Source: Escherichia coli
GTDB taxonomy: Bacteria > Pseudomonadota > Gammaproteobacteria > Enterobacterales > Enterobacteriaceae
Length of the DNA stretch: 64,000 bases
Strand: one strand, 5' to 3'
Assembly (NCBI RefSeq): GCF_003334405.1
Contig: NZ_QOWM01000003.1
Shown here: positions 25,029 to 35,145 of the stretch, in pieces
How the letters are laid out: each line of letters opens with the position of its first letter
How positions within the stretch are numbered: position 1 is the first letter of the stretch
The notes under the pieces: generated by a model
Databases searched by the model: none
What the model was told of the DNA's origin: nothing
What the model saw: the letters and a program-made list of their open reading frames with translations, nothing else
Program-made: the position numbers and the translations under genes

Positions 25029-25739
25029 GTGAAATACAAATTACTACCATGCTTACTCGCGATATTCCTCACAGGATGTGACCGCACAGAGGTAACACTT
25101 TCATTTACCCCTGAGATGGCCAGTTTCTCTAATGAATTCGATTTTGATCCGCTGCGTGGTCCGGTAAAAGATTTCACTCAGACATTAATGGATGAGCAAG
25201 GTGAAGTGACGAAACGTGTTTCTGGGACTTTGTCGGAAGAAGGCTGTTTTGATTCACTCGAATTACTGGATCTGGAAAATAATACCGTGGTCGCTCTGGT
25301 ACTGGACGCCAATTATTACCGTGATGCCGAGACGCTGGAGAAGAGAGTACGTTTACAGGGAAAATGCCAGCTAGCAGAATTACCTTCTGCCGGGGTGAGT
25401 TGGGAAACCGATGATAATGGCTTCGTGATTAAAGCCAGCAGCAAACAAATGCAGATGGAATATCGCTATGATGATCAGGGTTATCCGCTGGGTAAAACCA
25501 CGAAAAGTAACGACAAAACATTATCTGTCAGCGCCACGCCATCAACGGATCCGATCAAAAAATTAGATTACACAGCGGTTACTTTACTGAATAATCAACG
25601 GGTTGGTAATGTAAAACAGAGCTGTGAATATGACAGTCACGCTAATCCGGTGGACTGTCAGCTAATCATTGTTGATGAAGGAGTAAAACCCGCCGTCGAA
25701 CGGGTTTACACCATCAAAAATACGATCGATTATTATTAA
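25029..25739 (+). CDS. ynfC: UPF0257-family lipoprotein
   Basis: Start at GTG 25029 (VKYKLLPCLLAIFLTGC lipobox), 236 aa; upstream ATG in the track is probably not used. Confidence 0.8.
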   Translation: MKYKLLPCLLAIFLTGCDRTEVTLSFTPEMASFSNEFDFDPLRGPVKDFTQTLMDEQGEVTKRVSGTLSEEGCFDSLELLDLENNTVVALVLDANYYRDAETLEKRVRLQGKCQLAELPSAGVSWETDDNGFVIKASSKQMQMEYRYDDQGYPLGKTTKSNDKTLSVSATPSTDPIKKLDYTAVTLLNNQRVGNVKQSCEYDSHANPVDCQLIIVDEGVKPAVERVYTIKNTIDYY

Positions 25740-25741
25740 TG

Positions 25742-26302
25742 CTATTGTGCGGTCGGCTTCAGGAGAGTCTGACCCGGTGTTTTGTGCTCTGCCAGATACT
25801 GATGCTGGAATATACACATGCGAATGGCATTACGATATTGACCATTAATAAAGAACTCGTGCATCAATTCACCTTCAACCGAAAAGCCAAGCTTGCGGTA
25901 AATGTGAATCGCTTTTTCATTCTCTTTATCAACGATCAGATACAGCTTATAGAGATTGAGAACGGTAAAGCCATAGTCCATTGCTAATTTGGCGGCACGG
26001 GTTGCCAGACCTTTCCCCTGATACTCCGGGGAGATAATTATCTGAAATTCTGCGCGGCGATGAACATGGTTAATTTCCACCAGCTCCACCAGACCGGCTT
26101 TTTCGCCGTCACATTCCACCACAAAGCGCCGTTCGCTCTGATCGTGAATATGCTTATCATACAGATCAGAGAGTTCAACAAAGGCTTCGTAGGGTTCCTC
26201 AAACCAGTAACGCATCACACTGGCGTTATTGTCGAGTTGATGTACATAGCGTAAATCTTCACGCTCCAGCGGGCGTAGCTTAACACTGTGGGCGCTTGGC
26301 AT
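25742..26302 (-). CDS. speG: Spermidine N1-acetyltransferase (GNAT)
   Basis: 186-aa ORF, GNAT fold with [22 protein letters not shown] acetyl-CoA motif. Confidence 0.92.
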   Translation of the reverse strand: MPSAHSVKLRPLEREDLRYVHQLDNNASVMRYWFEEPYEAFVELSDLYDKHIHDQSERRFVVECDGEKAGLVELVEINHVHRRAEFQIIISPEYQGKGLATRAAKLAMDYGFTVLNLYKLYLIVDKENEKAIHIYRKLGFSVEGELMHEFFINGQYRNAIRMCIFQHQYLAEHKTPGQTLLKPTAQ

Positions 26303-26336
26303 AACGTGTCCTTACATTCCTTAAATCAATAACAGG

Positions 26337-26678
26337 TTAGGGGGTAATAACGCGGCCAGTTCGACGGTCCAGGCAGCGCAAAGTATTGGGCTCCCAGTAG
26401 GCATTGATGTTGGCGCTTTGCTCACATTTATCGCGGTTATCAAAAGCGGCGTCGGCTTTATCCCACTCTTTTTCAGTGCGTTTATTCACTTTCTGGCGCA
26501 GATTGCGCGTGTCATTCCATTGCTCTTTTTCCATAGCGGCGTGCTGGCGGCTTTGTGCACTGTCGCCAGACTCAATCACCAGTTTGTTAGTTTCGGCATG
26601 AACAGTTGTGCTCAATGCCAGTGCGCAAGGCAGCAGAATAGCGAGCAGGCCGATTCGTTTGCTGAGAGTGATTTTCAT
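26337..26678 (-). CDS. ynfB: UPF0482 secreted protein
   Basis: 113-aa ORF with signal peptide. Confidence 0.85.
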
Positions 26679-26812
26679 AATTCATTCCCTGTATGAATGA
26701 TTAAAGGTGATTCTACACCATCCACTGCGGACGCAAAACGTACCAGGAGGGTGTTTATATTGATGATATTATGTCGCCCTATAACTATACATGATGTCAA
26801 TAAGAGACAAAG

Positions 26813-27139
26813 ATGATTAAAACAACGTTACTATTTTTTGCTACTGCGCTGTGTGAAATTATTGGATGCTTTCTGCCCTGGTTGTGGTTAAAACGAAACG
26901 CCAGTATCTGGCTGTTGCTTCCGGCGGGGATTTCACTGGCGCTGTTTGTCTGGTTGTTAACGTTGCATCCAGCGGCGAGTGGGCGTGTTTACGCGGCTTA
27001 TGGTGGCGTTTATGTCTGCACGGCGTTGATGTGGCTGCGCGTTGTGGATGGCGTGAAACTGACTCTTTATGACTGGACGGGTGCGTTGATTGCGCTTTGC
27101 GGCATGTTGATCATTGCTGCGGGCTGGGGGCGCACGTAG
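26813..27139 (+). CDS. ynfA: UPF0060 small membrane protein
   Basis: 108-aa four-helix membrane ORF. Confidence 0.85.
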   Translation: MIKTTLLFFATALCEIIGCFLPWLWLKRNASIWLLLPAGISLALFVWLLTLHPAASGRVYAAYGGVYVCTALMWLRVVDGVKLTLYDWTGALIALCGMLIIAAGWGRT

Positions 27140-27344
27140 GAACATAAATCCATTTTATCAATAAGATAAGAGGAAGTGTCAGCTGACAAAAGGTATTCTA
27201 TTTCATCTTTTGTCAACCATTCACAGCGCAAATATACGCCTTTTTTTGTGATCACTCCGGCTTTTTTCGATCTTTATACTTGTATGGTAGTAGCTCAGTT
27301 GCGTAGATTTCATGCATCACGACAAGCGATGCAAGGAATCGAAC

Positions 27345-28559
27345 ATGAAGATCGTAAAGGCTGAAGTTTTTGTTACCTGTCCGGGGCGTAATTTCGTCAC
27401 ATTAAAAATCACCACTGAGGACGGTATTACGGGCCTTGGGGATGCCACCCTCAATGGACGTGAGCTTTCCGTGGCCTCTTATTTGCAGGATCACCTTTGT
27501 CCGCAGCTTATTGGTCGCGATGCGCACCGTATCGAAGATATCTGGCAGTTTTTCTATAAAGGTGCTTACTGGCGTCGCGGTCCGGTTACGATGTCGGCCA
27601 TTTCAGCGGTTGATATGGCGCTGTGGGATATTAAAGCCAAAGCTGCCAACATGCCGCTTTACCAGTTACTCGGCGGCGCGTCTCGTGAAGGGGTGATGGT
27701 TTATTGCCATACCACCGGTCACAGTATTGATGAAGCTCTGGATGATTATGCCCGTCATCAAGAGCTTGGATTCAAAGCCATCCGCGTGCAGTGCGGAATC
27801 CCTGGTATGAAAACCACCTACGGCATGTCGAAAGGTAAAGGTCTGGCTTATGAACCCGCAACCAAAGGACAGTGGCCGGAAGAGCAGCTGTGGTCGACGG
27901 AGAAATACCTCGATTTCATGCCGAAATTGTTTGACGCGGTACGTAACAAGTTTGGTTTTAATGAACATTTGCTGCATGACATGCACCATCGCTTAACGCC
28001 TATTGAAGCGGCGCGCTTTGGTAAAAGCATTGAAGATTATCGCATGTTCTGGATGGAAGACCCGACGCCTGCGGAAAACCAGGAATGCTTCCGTCTCATT
28101 CGCCAACATACCGTCACACCCATCGCAGTGGGTGAAGTCTTCAACAGCATCTGGGACTGCAAACAACTGATTGAAGAGCAACTCATCGATTATATCCGCA
28201 CCACGCTGACCCATGCAGGCGGAATTACCGGTATGCGCCGGATTGCCGATTTTGCTTCGCTGTATCAGGTACGTACTGGCTCACACGGTCCTTCCGATTT
28301 GTCACCAGTCTGCATGGCTGCGGCGCTGCACTTTGATCTGTGGGTCCCCAATTTCGGTGTCCAGGAATACATGGGTTATTCCGAACAAATGCTCGAAGTC
28401 TTCCCGCACAACTGGACTTTCGATAACGGCTATATGCATCCGGGAGACAAACCGGGTCTTGGTATCGAATTCGATGAAAAGCTGGCGGCGAAATATCCCT
28501 ATGAACCTGCTTATCTACCAGTCGCACGTCTGGAAGATGGCACGCTGTGGAACTGGTAA
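27345..28559 (+). CDS. rspA: Enolase-superfamily mannonate/altronate dehydratase-like starvation-sensing protein
   Basis: Start at ATG 27345 ([17 protein letters not shown]...), 404 aa. Confidence 0.9.
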
Positions 28560-28570
28560 GGAGTAAGATA

Positions 28571-29590
28571 ATGAAAAGCATATTAATTGAAAAACCGAAT
28601 CAACTGGCGATTGTCGAACGTGAAATACCCACCCCGTCAGCGGGTGAAGTACGAGTAAAAGTGAAACTTGCCGGAATTTGTGGTTCAGATAGCCATATTT
28701 ATCGTGGGCATAATCCTTTTGCGAAATATCCGCGCGTCATTGGTCATGAATTCTTTGGCGTCATTGATGCAGTGGGTGAAGGCGTGGAAAGCGCCAGAGT
28801 CGGTGAACGTGTTGCTGTCGATCCGGTGGTCAGCTGTGGGCATTGCTATCCGTGCTCTATAGGTAAACCGAACGTTTGTACGACACTGGCTGTATTAGGT
28901 GTGCACGCTGACGGTGGTTTCAGTGAATATGCCGTGGTTCCGGCAAAAAATGCGTGGAAAATTCCTGAAGCAGTGGCCGATCAATATGCGGTAATGATCG
29001 AACCTTTTACCATTGCGGCTAACGTAACCGGACATGGTCAACCGACTGAAAATGATACCGTTCTGGTTTATGGTGCCGGTCCAATCGGCCTGACGATCGT
29101 TCAGGTATTAAAAGGCGTCTATAACGTTAAAAATGTGATTGTTGCCGATCGCATTGATGAACGACTGGAAAAAGCGAAAGAGAGCGGGGCTGACTGGGCG
29201 ATTAATAACAGCCAGACACCGCTTGGCGAGATTTTCACTGAAAAAGGCATCAAGCCGACATTAATTATCGATGCGGCTTGTCATCCTTCTATCCTGAAAG
29301 AGGCCGTAACGCTGGCTTCTCCAGCGGCACGTATTGTATTGATGGGGTTCTCCAGTGAACCGTCTGAAGTGATTCAGCAAGGAATTACCGGAAAAGAACT
29401 CTCTATTTTCTCTTCACGCTTAAATGCAAATAAATTCCCGATCGTTATCGACTGGTTAAGTAAAGGGTTAATTAAACCAGAAAAATTAATTACCCATACG
29501 TTTGATTTCCAGCATGTTGCTGATGCCATTAGTTTATTTGAACAGGATCAAAAACATTGCTGCAAAGTCTTACTCACTTTTTCTGAATAA
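28571..29590 (+). CDS. rspB: Zn-dependent alcohol dehydrogenase family starvation-sensing protein
   Basis: Start at ATG 28571 (MKSILIEKPN...), 339 aa; GICGSD and GHEFFG zinc-ADH motifs; start overlaps rspA 3' end region. Confidence 0.9.
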   Translation: MKSILIEKPNQLAIVEREIPTPSAGEVRVKVKLAGICGSDSHIYRGHNPFAKYPRVIGHEFFGVIDAVGEGVESARVGERVAVDPVVSCGHCYPCSIGKPNVCTTLAVLGVHADGGFSEYAVVPAKNAWKIPEAVADQYAVMIEPFTIAANVTGHGQPTENDTVLVYGAGPIGLTIVQVLKGVYNVKNVIVADRIDERLEKAKESGADWAINNSQTPLGEIFTEKGIKPTLIIDAACHPSILKEAVTLASPAARIVLMGFSSEPSEVIQQGITGKELSIFSSRLNANKFPIVIDWLSKGLIKPEKLITHTFDFQHVADAISLFEQDQKHCCKVLLTFSE

Positions 29591-29647
29591 TACCAATAAC
29601 GGCGAGTAAGTAGTACGCATCTTACCTCTTTTTTAGAGATAACCATT

Positions 29648-29758
29648 ATGACAATAGAAAAACACGAAAGAAGCACTAAGGATTTGGTGAAAGCAGCAGT
29701 ATCGGGATGGCTGGGCACTGCGCTTGAATTTATGGATTTCAAGAGTCATGCGTGTTAA
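29648..29758 (+). pseudogene. ydfJ: 5' fragment (about 30 codons) of MFS transporter gene ydfJ, truncated at the prophage junction
   Basis: ATG 29648 gives MTIEKHERSTKDLVKAAVSGWLGTALEFMDF, then diverges into KSHAC-stop at 29756-29758; the integrase 3' end lies 20 bp beyond. Confidence 0.6.
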
Positions 29759-29777
29759 CTATTTGATAAATATTAAA

Positions 29778-31073
29778 TTAATTTTTCATTGCTTCGTTAT
29801 GGGGCATGGTTGGGGCAAACTCGCTTAACTGTGTATTTAACAAAGCTACCTGTGCATTATTGTTTTCAGACATCCATTTTCCGTATACCTGAAATACCAT
29901 TTGCGCATCTGCATGGCCCATCTGGTTTGCTATAAATGCCGGGTTAGCACCAGCTGTCAGCGACCAGCAGGCATAAGTATGTCTCGACTGATATGATTTT
30001 CGATGGCGGAGTCCGGCACGTTTTATCGCTGCGTCCCACATCTGCCTTATTGAGTCAACGGTAAAATGGTCACCATAATTTTTTACTCTCGCTGACACTT
30101 CAGGTTGAAAAACAAAGGTGCATTTTTGTTTTTCTGTTCTGCCATACTCTCTGAGGTGAACATCAATGATATGCTCTTTGCTCAGTCTCGTTAATGTCAT
30201 CTGACTCCGGAGAGCGTCGATTGCTGGCTTAATAAGATGAATGACCCGATTGGTTCCCGCCTGTGTTTTTGGTACCGTGAAACGGTCTTTTGCTAAATTT
30301 CTCCTGATCATCATTGTTCCATTTTTCAGATCTATGTCCTCCCATCCAAGTGCACACAGCTCACCAGGGCGAACTCCAGTATAAACAGAAACACACCATA
30401 AATTTTTTGCTTGCTGATTTCTGCACGCATCGATAAGACGGATAAATTCTTCCCGCGAAAGAGGATCCGGAATGGTTCTTGATTCCTTTAATGGCGAGAT
30501 CCCCTTAAACGGATTATCTGCCAGGTAACCGTTATCAACACCAAACTGGAACACGGCGTTAAGATTTGTCATGTAATTATTTACAGTTACAGCCGATCTC
30601 CCTGGTTGTGTAACAATATAGTTACTTTTGGGGATCTGGTATCCAGTCAGTAACTCTTTACGAACCTCCAGTAATTTTTCTTTATTAATCGATGAGGCAA
30701 GATTTTTTTCACCGATTATGCTCAGGATATTTTTGATGACGGCACGGTATGTGTTGAGTGATGTTTTGGCGACTTCAGTTTCTTTCAGTGCCAGAAATTT
30801 TTCAGCCAGTTCTTTTATGGTTAAATCTTGTCGGGCCTCACCAAATTTTTCCAGATTGCGTGAGGAGGGAAACTGTTTTGCATAGTCGAAAACACCAGTT
30901 TTTATTGCGTAACAAACAGAGGAGCGTAGTTCACCTGCAACGCGCCTGTTTTTTGCTGTGTCAGGAACCCCCAGATTTTCCCTGACTCTTACGTCTTTAT
31001 AAACAAACCAGATACGTAATTTCCCTCCATGGTTTTCCACGCCTGTCGGATATTTCATTTCAACTTCTCTCAT
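29778..31073 (-). CDS. Lambdoid tyrosine integrase (apparently full length)
   Basis: 431-aa ORF with catalytic-domain motifs YTGVRPGELCALGWEDIDL, HTYACW and GHADAQMVFQVYGKW; real start may be the ATG at 31058 (MKYPTGV...) which has a GAGAAG upstream. Confidence 0.85.
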   Translation of the reverse strand: MREVEMKYPTGVENHGGKLRIWFVYKDVRVRENLGVPDTAKNRRVAGELRSSVCYAIKTGVFDYAKQFPSSRNLEKFGEARQDLTIKELAEKFLALKETEVAKTSLNTYRAVIKNILSIIGEKNLASSINKEKLLEVRKELLTGYQIPKSNYIVTQPGRSAVTVNNYMTNLNAVFQFGVDNGYLADNPFKGISPLKESRTIPDPLSREEFIRLIDACRNQQAKNLWCVSVYTGVRPGELCALGWEDIDLKNGTMMIRRNLAKDRFTVPKTQAGTNRVIHLIKPAIDALRSQMTLTRLSKEHIIDVHLREYGRTEKQKCTFVFQPEVSARVKNYGDHFTVDSIRQMWDAAIKRAGLRHRKSYQSRHTYACWSLTAGANPAFIANQMGHADAQMVFQVYGKWMSENNNAQVALLNTQLSEFAPTMPHNEAMKN

Positions 31074-31092
31074 TAGTTAGTGTGGCTTTTAG

Positions 31093-31344
31093 TCAAGTAA
31101 GATGACGTCTTGGTCTCGCTGATGCCTGGCGCTCAATCCAGCGATCAATTTCTTCCAGGTTGTAAAAGCATGGACTGTTATCCCATGGCATACCGTCATG
31201 AGCGACATGCTTATATTCCCTTCCTTCCATAAACGATTTTTCCCGGGCCTTTTTTAACGTACCTTTTTTTATTCCTTTCAGCGCAATTAACTGCTCTTCG
31301 GATACCCATTTGCCGGGAGAGACAATCATGATTACTTCGCTCAT
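31093..31344 (-). CDS. Excisionase-like protein
   Basis: 83-aa ORF immediately upstream of int on the same strand; GREYKHVAHDG resembles the lambda Xis GREYLFHESA region. Confidence 0.55.
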   Translation of the reverse strand: MSEVIMIVSPGKWVSEEQLIALKGIKKGTLKKAREKSFMEGREYKHVAHDGMPWDNSPCFYNLEEIDRWIERQASARPRRHLT

Positions 31345-31416
31345 CGATTTCTTTATCTCTTACATCAGACGAGCGCCGGTTGCAGAATACCAGTCACAAC
31401 CGGCGACAGTTGAACA

Positions 31417-33315
31417 TTAAGAATCAGCCTGACTCGGGATCAGTTTTTGCCAGATAACTGAAACGTATTTTGCCTGGTAACGGGCGTCATCAAGTGCATT
31501 ATGGCGCTCACCTTCGAATGGAATAGCCGTTCTGGCATCGAAGTCTATGGCTTTCCCCAGCTCAACGATTGTGCGTACATCGCGATCGTTGTAGTAACGC
31601 CACGGGCAGGGGATCCCCTGCCGTTCGTATGAACGGCGCAAAATCGTGTTGTCGAAGTTGGCTCCATTTCCCCAAACCTGAACAAAAAATTCACCGGAGT
31701 TTTCGTCGATAAATTCTCGCAATTGTAACAGTGCATCATCTAACGGGATTTCATCGGTCATAATGGCAGATTGCGCTTCGCGTGATTGCTTAAGCCACCA
31801 TTTAATGGTGTCCCGATCAATGACTCCGCCAGCAGTTTCCAGATCGATAGTCTTACTAAATTCCGGTCCCATATCTCCGGTTTGCGGATCGAAAAATATT
31901 GCACCTATTGAGATGATCGGGGCATCAGGATTTTTTCCCATGGTTTCAAGGTCGATCATTAGATGGTCACACGTCCTGCTGGTGGATGTGATTTCGTGAT
32001 GACCGTTCACCTTAATTGGGTGATCTGCCGTCTCGCCAGTTTCATTATCGCTATTGTGATGCTGATTGCCGCCAGTGTTCTCCTTGTGTGGATGTTCAGC
32101 GCCTTCCATTTCCTCCGGATCATCTTCCTGAACTTCAACCTGATACTCTTCATCGAATGTTTCTTGGTATGTTGCGTCGCCCATCACCGCGCCACAATCA
32201 GGGCAGTTGCCGCCGCCGGTCTGACCGCAGGCGGTGCAGACTTTTTCCACTTCCTGTTGCGCTACTGGTTCAGGCTGTTTCGTTTCTGGCTCGTTTTGTA
32301 ACGCATTTGGACTGTTTTGTTCCGCTTTTTGGTAGTTCCGTTCCGATTCATGCTGGTTCTGGTTCACAGAATCGCGGGTCTGGAGCCCCTTAACCCATTT
32401 CGGATCATTCGGGTCACTAATCCCTTCAACAAATTCACCACGTGATGCAGCAAGCAACTTATCGGCGTCAGGCTGGCTGATATTGGCTGCCTGCATAATT
32501 TTGTTTACTTCGTCAGCGGTAACTTTTATCGGCTCTGGTTGTTCTGAATCTTCAGCGGTATCTACATTTTGCGGTAAGCCCGTGTATGTGCCATTTTTTC
32601 GGGCAAAATATTCTTCTTTTGTGATTTCAGTGGCGCCAGCAGCCAGTGCCTTATCCAGACCAGAGAGTTTGTTTGCGCGACCGTATTTTTCTCCGTCCTT
32701 ATCTGCGAAGAGGAAATAGAACGGCCCCTCACGCTCTACAGATGGTTCAGCTTCCGGCGCGGTTTCATTTTTTGGGATATCAGATACCTCAGTTTCCACT
32801 GCATCAGTTTGTGTTTCTGATGACTGGAGAACATCAACAGTGCCCAGGTCTGTTTCTTCATTCTCAAACACGCCCTTTGTCGTCAGGTATTCGCAGATAT
32901 ATTTGTTCAGTGCTACGGGATCTTTGTGAATGTCGATCGGACGCTCACGGACAAGGCCAAAAATAGTTTGGCGGTCGTAGCGAAGGGCATCAGGCTGTTT
33001 GCGCATTGATGCCGAGATACGCTTCCAGTCTTCGCGGTCGTTGTCGATAACTTCTTTTTTTGCCCAGCGATGGATGCTGCCGTCAATGTTTCCGGCATCC
33101 ACATCACTAGGCCAGAGAGCGTAGGCCAGTTCGTCATCCAGTGTTTTCCATGTCTGCTTGTATTCGCGATGAATGGCAGCAATGACCGGGCTGATTTTTC
33201 CTGTTGAATTTTCAGTGTACTGTTGATTGGCTCTGGCGCGGGCGAGATCAACAACAGACGTGTATTTTCCGGTTTCCTTGCGTTCACCTTCGCGACGTTT
33301 TTTCCAGATGCGCAT
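31417..33315 (-). CDS. Phage exonuclease with C-terminal DnaQ-like (DEDDh) 3'-5' exonuclease domain
   Basis: C-terminal MIDLETMG ... WGNGANFD ... HNALDDARY motifs; central CTACGQTGGGNCPDCGA zinc ribbon; long Glu/Asp/Gln-rich linker; 5' end uncertain (first ATG at 33315; the track ORF extends to a TTG at 33450). Confidence 0.6.
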   Translation of the reverse strand: MRIWKKRREGERKETGKYTSVVDLARARANQQYTENSTGKISPVIAAIHREYKQTWKTLDDELAYALWPSDVDAGNIDGSIHRWAKKEVIDNDREDWKRISASMRKQPDALRYDRQTIFGLVRERPIDIHKDPVALNKYICEYLTTKGVFENEETDLGTVDVLQSSETQTDAVETEVSDIPKNETAPEAEPSVEREGPFYFLFADKDGEKYGRANKLSGLDKALAAGATEITKEEYFARKNGTYTGLPQNVDTAEDSEQPEPIKVTADEVNKIMQAANISQPDADKLLAASRGEFVEGISDPNDPKWVKGLQTRDSVNQNQHESERNYQKAEQNSPNALQNEPETKQPEPVAQQEVEKVCTACGQTGGGNCPDCGAVMGDATYQETFDEEYQVEVQEDDPEEMEGAEHPHKENTGGNQHHNSDNETGETADHPIKVNGHHEITSTSRTCDHLMIDLETMGKNPDAPIISIGAIFFDPQTGDMGPEFSKTIDLETAGGVIDRDTIKWWLKQSREAQSAIMTDEIPLDDALLQLREFIDENSGEFFVQVWGNGANFDNTILRRSYERQGIPCPWRYYNDRDVRTIVELGKAIDFDARTAIPFEGERHNALDDARYQAKYVSVIWQKLIPSQADS

Positions 33316-33373
33316 CTCTGCCTGAATTTCGGGCCATTTAGCACCAGGAATACATTTATGCTTAACCCACCCA

Positions 33374-33640
33374 ATGGCGTGCAACTTAAGCTCCGGATAC
33401 GGGTTATTCCCCTCTGAACAGGCGCGTAAGGACTGGCAAAACGCCCGCAAAAAACTCTCGAGGGCAAAGGTGAAGAAACCTGCTGTGGTTGATCCGGACC
33501 TTATCTGGTCATCACCTGACGGAGAAATACGTCGCTACGACAGTCGCCTAAACATAATCTGTCGCGAGTGCCGGAAGAGCGAAGTTATGCAGCGCATACT
33601 GGCTTTCTATCAGGGTAATTTTCAGGACGTGGCGCAGTGA
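33374..33640 (+). CDS. Hypothetical small basic protein
   Basis: 88-aa ORF; stop overlaps the GTG start of the downstream methyltransferase fragment (GTGA); no recognisable SD. Confidence 0.3.
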   Translation: MACNLSSGYGLFPSEQARKDWQNARKKLSRAKVKKPAVVDPDLIWSSPDGEIRRYDSRLNIICRECRKSEVMQRILAFYQGNFQDVAQ

Positions 33641-33993
33641 GTGCACCGGCAACCATTCTTGATATGTGCTGTGGCAGCCGCATGTTCTGGTTCGATAAGT
33701 CTGACGAACGGGCGATATTCAGCGATATCAGAAAAGAAGGATACACATTACGCAATGGGAGACGCTTGATTATCAGCCCTGACATTATCGCAGATTTTCG
33801 TGCATTATCATTTGCAGACGCATCTTTTTCGATGGTTGTATTAGACCCTCCGCATCTTGAGAGTGTTGGTGATAACGCCTGGATGGGAAAGAAATATGGA
33901 CGGCTGAATAAAGATGCCTGGCGTGATGATTCGCGACAGAGATTTAAAGAAGCCTTTCGGGTGTTGAGGCCGCACGGCGTTCTGATTTTTTAA
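33637..33993 (+). pseudogene. DNA methyltransferase, probably 3'-truncated
   Basis: 118-aa ORF with ILDMCCGS (SAM-binding motif I-like) and VVLDPPHLES (DPPH, catalytic motif IV of N6A/N4C methyltransferases); ends shortly after motif IV. Confidence 0.45.
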
Positions 33994-34255
33994 TGGAATG
34001 AAACGCAAATACCGGTAAGCCAGATTCTGGCACTGACAGACAGAAAACCTGTTATCTGTCAACGAACAGGGAAAAAACGATAAAACCCACTGGATTATTT
34101 TTATGAAAGAGGCATCCAGTGAGTAGATTCGTAAGGCTACAGATACGTATATCTGAATAATTAAATTCAGTTCTGTAAATAAAATTTAATCCTTAACCGG
34201 ATGGATTTCTGCACCCTCAGAACATCAGGAGGCCGCCCGAAAGGGCGGTAGTGAA

Positions 34256-34890
34256 ATGCGAAAGTTCAAAATTATTATTGAAACGGGAATAGCTGGTGGA
34301 GATTTTGAGGATGTATTCGAAGTGGACGATGACGCAACACCTGAGGAAATTCATGACGGAGCATAAGAAATTTTCTTTAACTACTGCAATTACTCATACC
34401 ACGAAATAAAAGACGATGAGGAAGAACAAAGTGGCTGATTTTTGTTCAGCTAAATATAACATCAGTTTTGAAGAGCGGGATGAACTATTAATGGACTATG
34501 GTGAGTTACGCGGTGGAAGTGCTGCTGATGTCGAATCCTAGCGTGATGACTATGAAGCGGGAAAAACTCCGGTCGAAGCATATTGTGATGAGTGGGGCGA
34601 TGAATGAGCGAGATTAATTATCAGGAAGGGCATGAAACGGCGGGGCAAGCAAAACCAGTGGCATGGCGATATCGCTACGTGAAAAAAGGCGTTACGGACT
34701 TTCAGGGGAAGTAGTGGTCTGGTGACTGGAAATATGTACCGAAAAAAGAGGATTGTAACGACAGGCCGAACTATCAAATTCAGGCCTTATTCACTGCCTC
34801 ACCAGTCCCAGTTACATCAGAAGAACTGGTTAAAGCTGTGCACTTTTATGAACAACTAAAACGCGAAAATCCACCAACATCCGGCAACTA
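34256..34890 (+). pseudogene. Decayed run of small early-region ORFs interrupted by in-frame stop codons
   Basis: Three consecutive reading frames each continue in-frame across a single stop (TAA 34364-34366, TAG 34539-34541, TAG 34710-34712); the second and third are linked by an ATGA overlap. Confidence 0.3.
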
Positions 34891-35145
34891 GATTAATGGA
34901 TTAACTATGTCGGTTAAACGACCAGCCAACTGAAAAAGCGGAAACCTGATTACAGGTTGCCAGATAAGGCAATGAGCTACCTGGCGCGGAACGGACTGAT
35001 AAGTATGGGGAATGTTTTACGATGAACCTTTAGACTAAAGAGTTTGTAACGCTATGTAAGTGATTTTTTCTGGTTTAGATATTTATATGTCCGGCCAAAT
35101 TGAGGTGTGTTTAAATGTAATTGCACATTGATTGTAGGAGGAATA

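Noticed and set aside
32913-33467. 184-aa minus-strand ORF at the 5' end of the exonuclease gene
   Set aside because: An alternative frame of the same strand region as the exonuclease N-terminus; composition and lack of a start context suggest it is not translated.
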